A program made the position numbers and the translations under genes. 64,000 nucleotides of DNA from Camelus dromedarius (lineage: Eukaryota). This document shows, one piece after another, positions 52,460 through 64,000 of this stretch. The stretch lies in contig NC_087436.1 in NCBI RefSeq assembly GCF_036321535.1, positions 98,954,001 to 99,018,000 of the forward strand, given 5' to 3'. The notes beneath the pieces are model-generated. The model had not been told where the DNA came from. It ran no database searches and was given only the letters and a program-made list of their open reading frames with translations. Position 1 is the first letter of the stretch. Every line of letters begins with the position of its first letter.

Positions 52460-52602
52460 TAGTCCCATCATGACGGCCCCACCCTCATTACCTCATCTAA
52501 ACTGAATTCTCTCTGAGAGGTCTCGTAAACAAATACCATCACACTGGCGGTCAGGTAGGACTTCAGCACAGTATTTGGGGAGGACAGAATTAAGTCCATA
52601 GC
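52460..52602 (-). mobile_element. MLT1A-like LTR fragment
   Basis: ggccccaccctcattacctcatctaaactgaatt ... aataccatcacactgg ... ggggaggacagaattaagtccatagc. Confidence 0.8.
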
Positions 52603-53274
52603 TCTCATATAAAGAAATTTATAGACAGATCATGAGATCTAAAGAAAGTAAATTAATCAGATGTGCTTCATCTAAACCTGAAAGTGACAGAAAAAAGGAA
52701 GCTATTCTCTTGTCTCTCAGGGACACAGGGCTTCTTGTCCCCTCACCTCCATTTCTCCAATTTTACATGTTCTATCACCCTCTTACTCAACATAATTTTC
52801 TTTGATTTCCTATGACGGCTTTCATATGAGTCTTAAGAAACATAATCCATGAAGAATACAATTTCCTTGCTGTAATTACCAGAGGAATGAAACTGAATTC
52901 GCAAATTAATCTTCTATATTCAAGCTACAAGTGTTAAGAAGCTAGGTATCTTGAAGACTGAATGCATTTGGATCTGGCAGCAGCCTTGGTCAAAACACCG
53001 ACAGTTGTGAATATGAGGTCAGAAATCCCACCTAGACAAAGGAGCTTAATATCTAAGAAATTAATTATATATGTGCCTAATATAGATAACGTGAACATTA
53101 GTTTTCCCTCTAATTTCAGATGTGAGAATGAACTTTAACCAGCAAAAGGTTACAGATTTTGATGCTCTTGCAGAGATTAGGACCACACACAGAATTCATA
53201 AACTGTCAAAACTGAGGCGAACTCTTCAAAAGGATTCAGTTCCTATCTAATAAATTCTTAGATTCCTTAGCTAC

Positions 53275-53425
53275 AATCTTGTCAAATCAACTCATTTCAC
53301 AGCTGAAGTAACAGACCAGAGATATAAAGTGAGTTGCCTGAAGTTTAACAACAAAGTAGTGAATAAGATGAGATTAGAATTAAATTCATGTGACACTGGG
53401 GATAATTCTTATTCCAGGACACCAT
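53275..53425 (-). mobile_element. MIR fragment
   Basis: ctcatttcacagctgaagtaacagaccagagatataaagtgagttgcctgaagt. Confidence 0.65.
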
Positions 53426-53559
53426 GCATGATGCTTAAGATGTCCTAATCAAAGCACATGTGTGTGTATGTATCCAACTGAATGATAATGATACACATGC
53501 ATAGTCACATATATAATTCACAGAGATAGAGATTTAGACATTAAAAAAACTTTTTCATA

Positions 53560-54680
53560 TGAAACAAAATTTAGAAATGTACTCATATCATCCTGTAACT
53601 GGGAGAGTATTCTAATCATGATGGAAACTTTAGAATAATTTAATTTGATTAATTAAAGCATATGTTTTAAAAGCTCTTATGGAAAACAGATACTAAACAA
53701 AAATAAGCAATTAGAAATATAACATGATAAAATTTTAAAGAAATGCAATAAATGTAACTGGGAAAAAAGGATTTCAAAATATTTGCTGAAGAAACGATTA
53801 ATAATAATTACATACAAGAATTCTGATTTAAAAAAAAACAAATTCCATTTTTAAAAACTAGGCAAATAATGTGACTATTAAACCCTCACTAGAATGCCAA
53901 ATGTCCAGTAACCATATCAAAATGTGTTCTCACTTGGAATTTTGGAAATGCCAAATAGAACAAGAAAATGAAAATTCTACCAAGTATCCAGTATTTAAAG
54001 TATCGTAATTTTATCATAACTTTTCAGTAATGAGCACTATCCTGATTTAACAAGAGGCATGTTTTTTTTTTTGCCTATTTGTGATCTTTATATAAACCAT
54101 TTCTTTGTATATAATAGCTTCTTCTGCTAAATATTATGCCAATTAGTTCTTTCCATGCTAGTGAATGTGCTATATACAATTTTATTGAAAAATTTAAAAT
54201 CTATTTTAATTTTGGATCTATTTTAATAATGATAGGTATTTGCATTAATTCCAATTTTTTGTTCTAAGAATAATAGCTAATGACATTTTATGGTATCTGT
54301 CTTTTGGTGCAGAGTGCATAGACTTCTGTTGGGAATGTCATGTGAGTGAAATTGCTGTGTCAATGGTTACATATACATTGAGTTTCAGTGTTTTCTGAAG
54401 TGGTTATACCAATTTCCACTCTCAAGAACTGTGTCTGAAATTTCTTGATGTGTCATATCCTTTGTGAAACTCTGCACTTTTTAAGTATTAGCAATTGTGT
54501 TATGTATGTAAGGGTACTTAATTTTCATCTTAATTAACATTTTACTGATTACTAGAGAAGCTAATAATAATTGCATAGTTTTATCATTTGGTGAGAATCC
54601 CTTATAAAATGCTTGCTCAAGTCTCTTAATGACTTTTCTATTGGATTATTTCTCTTATTCTATATATTTATATCTCTATT
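53560..54680. mobile_element. Old L1ME-like fragments (+ then -)
   Basis: + strand: aaatgtccagtaaccatatcaaaatgtgttctcac. Minus: gagtgaaattgctgtgtcaatgg ... aagtggttataccaatttccactctca. Confidence 0.6.
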
Positions 54681-54829
54681 CTCTATCAACCAATATTTGT
54701 ACATCTATATATAATTTATATACGATTTTTGCTTGTTTTTAAAATATTCTTGTATTTTTCTTGTATGTGACTGTGCATTGTATCTTTAAACATACTTGTA
54801 TTTTACTCTCTAAAACAGTTTCTTCTAGA

Positions 54830-54985
54830 GAGTTAATTAATGTATTTTGTTACTGTCTGTCTCCCCTACCAGAGTATAAACTCCAGATGATAAGGAATAC
54901 ATTTTTTCCCCCTCACCATTGTGTCCCCACAGTCTACAATAAATCTGGCACAGAAGAGGGCTTCATAAACATTGGTTGGAAGGAT
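54830..54985 (+). mobile_element. L2 3' end
   Basis: gtctgtctcccctaccagagtataaactcca ... ctcaccattgtgtccccacagtctac ... tctggcacaga. Confidence 0.8.
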
Positions 54986-56475
54986 AAGTGCCTGTAATAA
55001 ATAATAAAAGTATATTTCAGGAACAGAGAAAATTCAGTGGATACAGAGATTAACACCATGAAGGATTTTGTATCCATGATTGATCATAGAGAAACCTGGT
55101 ACACTTTAAGGGCTTATGGCAGTTTTACTTCATTTTTAAGCTATCTTTTCACTATTTTCCCCATCAGTAAAAATGAGAGAATTTCACAGAAAACTAAGCT
55201 CTCTTTTAACACTTTAGTTCATTTTTAAATTCTTTGTCCTACCACTTAGAAACTACGATACTCTGATTCTCCATCTCTTCTGGTGGTAAAATATTTTAGG
55301 AACCCTGAAATATTTCATAGGGCATTGCAATTGAAATTAAAAGACATGCATGTAAATAAGTATATAAAAATAGCAGTAAGTGCCTGGTATATATCCATGC
55401 TGAATCTTCAATAAATGGTAGGTAATTGGAAGTGTTGCTAAACAAATGAGCTAAGCCCTTTTAACTAGTGATTGATGCTCATCTCGAAATAAAGTTTAAA
55501 GTCAATTGTAGAGTTCAAACCCTTCCATCTGAAGTAATAGTGCAGGAAGATTTTCCTTAAGGATATTGAGGAAAGAAGAGGAAGAAGATAAGTTTACTTC
55601 AGGTTGGATAATTCATTTCCTGAAGCAGTCAGAAATAAAATAGAAGTTAATTTAATACACTCTCTCATCTATTTTCAGGCAGGTAGAGTCAGGCCTTAAG
55701 AGAGTGAGGCAAAGGAGAAAAAAAATCATTCAGACGAACTTATCTGTCTTTCTGCCTGAGGGACTGGGTTTCAGGAAACCAGCTGAGCATATGTTTTCTA
55801 TATATAATGCTTTGGAAAAGGAATAGGAATGGGGAACAGGCAGGGATTATTCAATGGGAGTTTTACTGCAACATGATAGTAGCCGAAGCTTCAAATTAAG
55901 TACTGTTTGGAAGTGACATACTGCCTTATTGATCCAGAAGTGGAGGAAAAAGTCATATGCTTCAGGAGAAAATAAATTCTGGATTAAAACCATCAGTCAT
56001 GAATACCATTCAGGCATTTTGTTGCAAATAATGCTAACTTTTTAGAGGTTGCTTTTATTGGGGGAATAAACATTTCTATAATAAGTTCAATAATTTTTTA
56101 TTAACTTCATTTAAATAACAGTATGATTTACTTTAAAAGCTCTCCTGAATAAAATTGATACTCATTTCTATTGAGGTAATATTTCTTACACCTACTCTAT
56201 GGAGTCATCAATATTTTCTTTTCAGACTCCATAAAGATGCTGTTAATAAGCAAGATACGAGGATAAATAATATTATTGGCAGAATAAAATGGAATACATA
56301 AAAAAGTCTAGTGATCAGATAAACTGTTCTTAGAGCAAGTATAGAGGCATAGCCTTTATGAAGCTCTCTCAAACCCTCAGTTAATTCTTATAGTACCCAT
56401 GATCATTCTGAAACATTCTGAGTATGATAACTTTTTGTTTTAGTTTAAACTTGAAGTTCTTCCATCACCAAAGAA

Positions 56476-56503
56476 CTGTGTCATATGTCCTGTGTCATAT
56501 GTC
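56476..56503. repeat. Perfect 14-bp tandem duplication
   Basis: ctgtgtcatatgtc x2. Confidence 0.9.
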
Positions 56504-58339
56504 ATTAGCAAAGTAAAATACATATTTAACAAATATTTTCCAAACGGCAATTCATGAAACATCTTTTCCACTTCATTCATTCATTTAACATATAATTTTT
56601 GAACATCTGCTATTTGCAAGCTTTGGTCTAGGACCCCCGATTCTAAGTATGTTGTGCTGTTTCATTCTGTCTTCTATGTCTGATAACCTTACTCCTCAGC
56701 CTCATTCTTTTGTCTCCCTTTCTTCTTTTTTCCTGTTTTTCTTTCAGTACTCTAATTCATGTTTCAGCTCTGTTTAAGCTGCAAATAAGTCCACAGACTG
56801 AGATCTTAACTGATTTTACTGTATTTTGATTGAGTCCAGCATTTACATTTTGAATTTTTTTTTTTATTTTGAGTTTTGGCAGATATTCTCAAGTCTTACT
56901 ATTTTCCTCAGTAAATTTAAGCTTTCAGAGATTATAGCTTGGCATTAATGTGTTGGGGCAGGGGAGAAAAGGTGTCCAGAATATGTGATGAAGAGCATCT
57001 CTCATGAGTTCCAGTCTTCTATAGCCATATGGAACACAACATGATTTAATAATCAATGACTCTGCTATATCCTTTTTCAGTGAACAGTGGAACTTGAAAA
57101 AAAAAAAAAATGACTTCCACTCCAGTGTCTGTAATGCTGTGCCCTTTCTTAACCATGGAGTAGGCATGTGCCCAGTTACCTAGGTCTTTACTTTGAGCCA
57201 GATTTCCACCAAGACAGTAATTTCCACACAAAAGCCAACAGGGCTGTGTGAATGATAGTCTCTTAAAAATGTTTAAGGATGGTTTACATGAAAAATTATT
57301 TCACCTCCATTTTACAACAAAAGATTCACTTGGAGAGTCTCTTTCTGCAAAAATACTTTCTTTAAACCTAGAATATTAAGCCTAGAGGAATTTTCTTTTG
57401 AATCTGAAGAAGCATTAGTTGGCATGAAATAATCTGAAGAACAACTATCTTTGGCAAATAAATAAATACTTGTTCTTGTTCAGTGTAATGAGTGCATCCC
57501 CTGTCCTAAAATTTCAGGATGTTGTGCTCATCCTTGAGGTCACTGTACTTATTCCACAGTCTCAGGAATCGGGAACTCAGATAGCAGGAGGCAGCTACCA
57601 CTTTTGTTGCCATTCCCTGGACAAAGTCTACTGCATATTTCTTGCAGGGAAACAAAGCTGTCAAGTCTGAGCTCAATTTCTTTTGCGACCAGAGTTGGCT
57701 CCATTTATTTTCTTTGCTTTGATTTTCAGGGCTCACTCTCAGTCATTTTAGGGGTCTCTCTAGGGTTATGACAATATGAAATTCAGAAATTAAAAAAAAG
57801 ACAAATCTGTCTTCACTTCACACTGGTCACCATTGTTATGCTCTATGTGCAAACCTCCATGACCCTTGCAGACAGAAGTTCTGCTTGCACATATTCAGTT
57901 CAGATACAAGTATTTGTGTCTTAGATGGAAGATACTATACCTAGTTTTCACCTCCAGAGATGTCACCATAGATTCCCTAAAATTTCAGGGGCCTGCAGAA
58001 GTCTATCTTTTCCCTGGGGTCTCAGAAGTAACTGAAATTTATCCTTGGGTATTTCTTCCATGAATTACACTGCACCCCTCCCACCTTACCAGCTCACTTC
58101 TTCCCAGCATAATTCCCCTCAAGGAACCTAATTCTATGTAGCAACAGTGCTCTGAGGCAAAACAAGAGTGTGAGAACAGAAAAGGCTGCCTTTCATTCTT
58201 TCTCCAGAGTATCCGGGATGGAAATACAACCTTTTAACAGATCTGACGATTTTCTCATTATATCATGTTGCTACAAAAAGTATTCTGGAGTTCACTTTAG
58301 TTCTAGCCCCACTTGCCACTCTCACCATTAGTTGTTTTA

Positions 58340-58575
58340 AATGATCATCAATACCATTTACAGAATGCTTGCTATATGCCCATCTTACAAGCACCTTTTG
58401 CTATTTCTTCCAATCTGCACAGCAATTCTATGAAATAAATATGACTCTTAATCCCACTGTAAAGATAAATAAACCAAAGACAAGAGATATTTAGTAGCTT
58501 ATCTAAGATTACGTAAGGGATAAGTGATGGAAACGGGAACCTGAGCTCTTGTCCACTGCACAAGATTATACTTTT
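58340..58575 (-). mobile_element. MIR SINE
   Basis: ataccatttacagaatgcttgctatatgcc ... cacagcaattctatgaa ... cccactgtaaagataaataaac. Confidence 0.78.
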
Positions 58576-59589
58576 TCACCCTAATTTTTATCAAGTCGCT
58601 AATACAACTCTGAAATCAAATCCTGAATCAAAGGAAAAAAAAAATCACACGTATCACTTTGAAACTTTAAGTGAATATACATATTCATTTTGTTACTGAA
58701 CCATGATTGAAACACCCACTGAAACAGTTCAAGCTGACACAGACTAAATGCTTCCTAAGTTTATAGAGCTGGAGTAATGAACATCAAATTAAACCAACCC
58801 GATTTGGTCTGGTTTTTTTTTGTACTCAAATCCTAAGGGAAAGAGTATTCTCAGCAGTATTCACAGGAAAGTCATTTTCTAGAAGCCTAGGAGAATCCCA
58901 GTTCTAAAGATGGGAGCCAAGGAAAATCACAAAAGAAGGTTCTTTGCCCCTTCTTAGCCCAGAAGCATACCCTGCTGCCCTCTGTAAGTTGTAACCACAA
59001 ACGCAAGCTCATTAAGCACGCCCATGTTATTTTTGTTTCTTTAGATATAAGTATGTATTAAAAGTTTTAAGAACTTTGGACACCAACTCAGAAGGCTTTC
59101 ATGTAAGCATTCTATTACTAAGCTTCCCCAGCTGCATATTAAAACCTTTGTGGTCCACAGAGGTCTATCTGTGCTCGAGCTGCACTATGTAACAACAGTG
59201 GCAAATTTTGAGGTTTAATTAAAGAATACTTATCATAGCTGCATGGCACGGGAATGTTGGATGACAAAACCCTGGTGTTGTGAAATTAATTACATCACCA
59301 GAGTGGACTCCATGCATGTGGAAAACTTGAACCCAAAGAAACAACTCATTAATCTTCACAAGCTCCCCTAAAGTAAAAAAAATATTTTTGTGTGTGTGTT
59401 CACAACAAGCCTTCAAGAGCTAAGCATTGAGTGATTTTTCCTCGTTATAACAATTGTTTATGTTGCAGAAGTAAATTAAATCTAAAAATACTAAATGTTA
59501 ACAAATGCAAAAAATTTTTGTAAGCCCCATTCTTTAAATGTCTTCAGAAAGATCTTTCAAAAAAGCCTCAGTTACAATTTTCAGTTACT

Positions 59590-59775
59590 AATCATTTGAC
59601 ACTTACTATGAACCATGCACAAACTGAGAGCCTTATCTTTTTTAACCACAAAATCTTTTCAATTTTTGATGCCTCTATCCCTATTTTGTAGATGCAGAAA
59701 CTGAAGCACACTGGTCAAGCAACAAAAAAGGTACTCAGCTGGTAATGGTGGAGTCAGGTTAGGAATCTAAGCTCA
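59590..59775 (-). mobile_element. MIR SINE
   Basis: tatccctattttgtagatgcagaaactgaagcac ... cagctggtaatggtggagtcagg. Confidence 0.78.
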
Positions 59776-60310
59776 ATGAGTTAAATATAACCAAATAAAC
59801 CCAATAAGCAAACAAACCAGCAAAGTTTCCAGGAGAGAAAAGATGCAGGGAAACTTGACAAAGTCTTAGTGATTCAGTACTTAAAGTGCTTGTATTTCAG
59901 ATGATTTGCTTGTAACTGGAATTGTTTCATATTTTCTTCTCTTGGAAATCCTTCAGTGATGTTGAAATTAGATGGTAAACACAACAAAATCATGGAAAAT
60001 GATTGAAAATTTCATACACTGAAAAAAGTAGAATTCAAATTTGATAATTATTATGATTAATAACATTATCACTGGACAACTATTAACTCAAGAGGCAAAA
60101 ATGGTGAGGCAGTGTGTTTTGGCAATGAGTTATGCTTTTTCACTTGAATAATGAGTTGCAGGAGTTTAATGGCATCTTCAGCCTCATACAACATTGAAGA
60201 CAATTCTGTTTGGTAGGGAGGGTCAGCATCACCAATTTATACTCATCGTTCACAGTAGGTGGATAGTCGCCTATCACCTTTGTGCTTAGCACTTCTGTTA
60301 GTTACAGTAT

Positions 60311-60357
60311 ATAGAATAGAATAGACTAGACTAGACTAGACTAGAATAGAATAGAAT
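60311..60357. repeat. (TAGAA)n(TAGAC)n(TAGAA)n pentanucleotide microsatellite
   Basis: Directly visible; the flanks may be a hAT-type DNA transposon relic. Confidence 0.92.
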
Positions 60358-63300
60358 ATATAGCTCACCAGTATTGGGATCACGACCTTATTATTTATGG
60401 CAAATAGTGATCGTCTGTGAGTAGCTCACGACTCTAAATCAGGGTTGACATGCGTAAGGTTTGCCCCAGGGTGTCTTTAGTGGTTGTCTACAAGCCCATT
60501 CTGCTTGGTCAATACTCATACCTTACCTGATGTGAAATATTCATACTATTACCTCTGCCTTTATTACAATAATTTGGAAAATCCTATGCATACAATTAAG
60601 ACTCTACATGATAGCATCCTCTCTAGACTTCTATCATAATATTTAACATATTGTTAGACATTATGTGTCTACTTTTTCCCTTCTCATTATACATCTTTGA
60701 GGATAAAGTGCCTTACCAATGTTGTGGTCTTAGAGATGTATGCAGTGCTTTTTATAGAGTACATGCTCCATGGGTAGTCATTTGATTGGAAATTTAACTA
60801 CCCAAAATTTAAGCCTGTCATAACCTAGTCTATAGGGATAATGGTGACCCCATTTCTATATTTTTTTGAATGCCAGAATGGTAGTCTGCTACTATTTTCT
60901 TTTGTGAATATGACTTAAGAATATTATGAGCTTAAGGGGAGGTGCCCCTAGGGAAGTAGCCACCTGATGATGACATTCCCACAGTGACAGGCCCTTAATA
61001 TGCTCTAGTAGGTGGTTCCCTGGAGACTAACTTTGACCTCGTATTCCAATCACTCTTTTATCATTTATTTCCATTTTCCTTTGGTCACCAGCCTTTGATC
61101 AGTTATATTTCCAATAAGCATTCCATTTATAACTTTCAATACCCCATCCTATTTAACTATGGGATTTATACATGAGAATACAAAATCTTTAAGGATAGGA
61201 CCTTTCTCTGTCCACTCCGTTGCTGTATAACTAAGAGCTAGGGGACATGTGGTGATGTAAAACACTCAATGAATAATTATTGCAGGGTATTTCATCTTCT
61301 ACTAGGTTTTCCCATTAGGATATTTCTAATAGTCCCAAGAAAACAATAACTTATTTCACAAATTCAAACTTTGTCATCCCAGTCAGGAATGTCGTTCCAG
61401 ACTTTTCATGCTACTGTTCACGTCTCTTCATTATCTTCTGTTATTTTGAGACTGACATCCCTCAGTTTGATACTACTCCACTTTTTTTCCCCAATCATGG
61501 GCATTGATACCTCCCTTAAATCAGCTTCCTAGATACAGAGAACCTCAAGTTGTTAGGGGCCTTCAAAATTGTCTTTTTAGTCTCTGAATTTTAAATAAAA
61601 TTTATTGTGTTGTTTCTGCATATTACCCAGGAAAGGGCATACAACCTTTATAATAAGAACTATATTCTTTAAAATGTGTTGATTCATTAAATATACTGCT
61701 CTTGCATCCATGGGGCTGATGTGTATCGCAAAAATACCAAGTCACAGTGAAGCCAAAAGTAATTAAATTTCACAGTCAACTTGAGATCGTATAGTAAGAT
61801 GATGCTTCTTGAGCTGGAGGATAAGACACATTAATATCCCTAGAATTTTTTCTCTTGACCTCACGGCATTTCAAAATGACATTTAAGAAAAGCTACAAAA
61901 CTGGGGTAGCTGATGTAGCACTGCCTACCTATACACTTCGCACAGACAATTTGAAGCTAGAAGCTTTGTAAGTGTGCACAGAAATTGGTATAGTTTAAAG
62001 TCCAGGCTGGAATGTAGCTAAAGAATAGAGGAAAAGGAGTACCTATTTGTATTGCTTTTCTTGTGTCTAAAAGGCTGTATATGAAGAGACATATTTTTTA
62101 TGTAATAGAATCATTGCTACAACTGGAAAAGCTGAACCTGTGAAGTTCAAAGTCAAGCTGCAGCAGTCTGGACCCTGAGGTCCCTCCAGAAATCTGTGTC
62201 TCTCTATAAGGTGAGCTTGGCTAGTAAGGCCAGGATCTTTCTTGCTGATGCCAAGTTGCAACAACCAGCATCCTGAGGCTCACTTTTGCTTTACTTTGTA
62301 CTTTGTACTTTACTGAAACCCATGAATTTTTTGAGGTCCATGCACTTGTTTAGAGACCCTTAAGAACTAAACTCACAGTGGGACCACTAATACCTAAAAC
62401 ATGTATCTTGGCTACACCAGAAGGAAGCCTCAATCCTTCCATCTATGTTTCAGTCCCCTCAGTTACTTATCAAGATTCCCAGCTAATGTGACAGATATTG
62501 GGGCACAACTTGGCTCAATCACCAGCATGACCTTTTCTCACCTAAGTTCTTACACTTGAAGATTAAGAAAATCCCTGTTGACAAAGCTCCAAATAATCAC
62601 CTTTGTTTATCTACAGACGTTTGATTCCTAATATTTTTTCTCCAGGAAACAGACTGATTTACTTATCCTGTCAGGCTGTGCTAGGCAATGCTGGAAGAAT
62701 GGAAAGATGGCTTTGCAAAGAGGACAGTCGGCCTCAAAGTAAAATAAAACTTTAACAACACAAGGTATAAATGACTGTGTTCTTAATCTCAATTTATCAA
62801 GGATTCAAAAAATTGGTGGACTAAGAATGAGAATGAGTTCACCTATCTTGAGAAGGTGAGTGAATGAAATTTCAGGCTAATTTTGGCTGGTATTTGGAGC
62901 AGGAAGTCTGAAAAAGAAACCAGCTGAATTTTAAAGTTCACAAAAAGAAACCAAAGCCCAGTAAAATCGAAGTAGTTTTCACATTATCGCTTTAAGATAC
63001 CTGCTTATTATTCACATGTATCATTGTTTTATATAGAATTATTTTGCTTTGTTTCATTTTGCATTCCACAACAAATATAGAAAATCATTTCAGTTCAATG
63101 ACTTAAGTAAGACTTTAGTATCTAGTATGTCCACTAGATACTACTAGAATTTAAGCATGTATCACATGCACTCAGATACTTTAAGGTTTTCAGAAGAGCA
63201 TGTTTTTAATGGGAGGGGTGGGTTGATGAATATATTTCTTTTTTTCTGAATAATAACCTAGTCCTATTTCAATATGTCATGGATAGTTTTCCATGTCAGA

Positions 63301-63382
63301 ATGGTCAATTCTTTCTTTCTTATGGCTTTGTATAAATTTTATAGACATAATATACATTTTATTTAAATTATCTAGTATGGAG

Positions 63383-63404
63383 ATATATATATATATATAT
63401 ATAA

Positions 63405-63437
<33 letters not shown>
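63383..63437. repeat. (AT)n(GT)n(AT)n microsatellite
   Basis: Directly visible. Confidence 0.97.
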
Positions 63438-63719
63438 TTTAAAAAATCAGGAAAAAAGGAAAAGATAGTTTTCAATAGAAGAAATACAAATTTTACCACA
63501 TGAGATGAATTTAAGAAAACATAAATTAAAAAAATGTGAATGCTGTTCTTATTTATTTGAACAGCTCTTTTTTTAAGTCATAAAATCCTTTGTCAAGGAA
63601 GAAAAGGAAAACATGTGCTCTCATAAACTGATGCTAGGAATATAAAATTTTATGACCTTTCTGGAGGGTAGTGCTGTGAATTTTGTGATGCATATCAAAG
63701 ACGTTGATATACACAGCCA

Positions 63720-64000
63720 TTTGTTAGTCCATTAAATAATTCCTCAACAAATATGTATTGCTCTGCTATGACTTGGCATAATAGGTGTACAAAACCATAT
63801 TGTTACTGCCTTAATGGATTTTAAAGTCCTGTATAAAAAGAATATGTACATGCGTAACTATATAATACAAATCATCAGGCTGTCACGTGTTACTGTGATG
63901 AAGACAAGGAGGGTGGGGGATCTCCTTACAGAAGGTGTTTAAAGGTAGGCCTCAGATCCACCTGACCAGAAGGAGCCAGCCATAGAGAAATTTCTAGCCT
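63720..64000 (-). mobile_element. L2 3' part, runs off the window
   Basis: ttcctcaacaaatatgtattg ... ctgccttaatggattttaaagtc ... cagaaggagccagccat. Confidence 0.65.

Noticed and set aside
60518..60600. Minus-strand 57-nt open exon candidate (DFPNYCNKGRGNSMNISHQ)
   Set aside because: Weak acceptor, flanked by probable repeat relics, and the peptide is unrecognised.

Overview
Mammalian, AT-rich and CpG-depleted genomic DNA, most likely camelid (alpaca/llama/camel). The attribution rests on two tRNA-Ala(AGC)-derived vic-1-type SINEs and young artiodactyl-type L1 3' ends; I saw no BovB/Bov-tA or Alu. The window reads as intergenic or deep-intronic. It is dominated by transposon relics: two solo ERV1-like LTRs with intact 4-bp TSDs, many MaLR (MLT1) LTRs (some nested or with internal sequence), L1 of several ages, L2, L3/CR1, MIR and microsatellites. 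No supplied ORF is a credible gene; those that resemble proteins are L1 ORF2 remnants or repeat read-through. I found no prokaryote-style system and no confidently identifiable protein-coding gene. The best leads are (i) a chain of phase-compatible candidate + strand exons (37281-37355, 37583-37613, 45657-45891 or 53120-) that could encode a 33-37 aa peptide or belong to a lncRNA, (ii) a CpG-retaining unique patch at 45.4-45.9 kb, (iii) a 108-bp polyadenylated retrocopy of an unidentified transcript with a 14-bp TSD inside an MLT1D LTR, and (iv) an apparently chimeric L1. Repeat subfamily names come from recalled consensus similarity, not a database search. Boundaries without TSDs are approximate.
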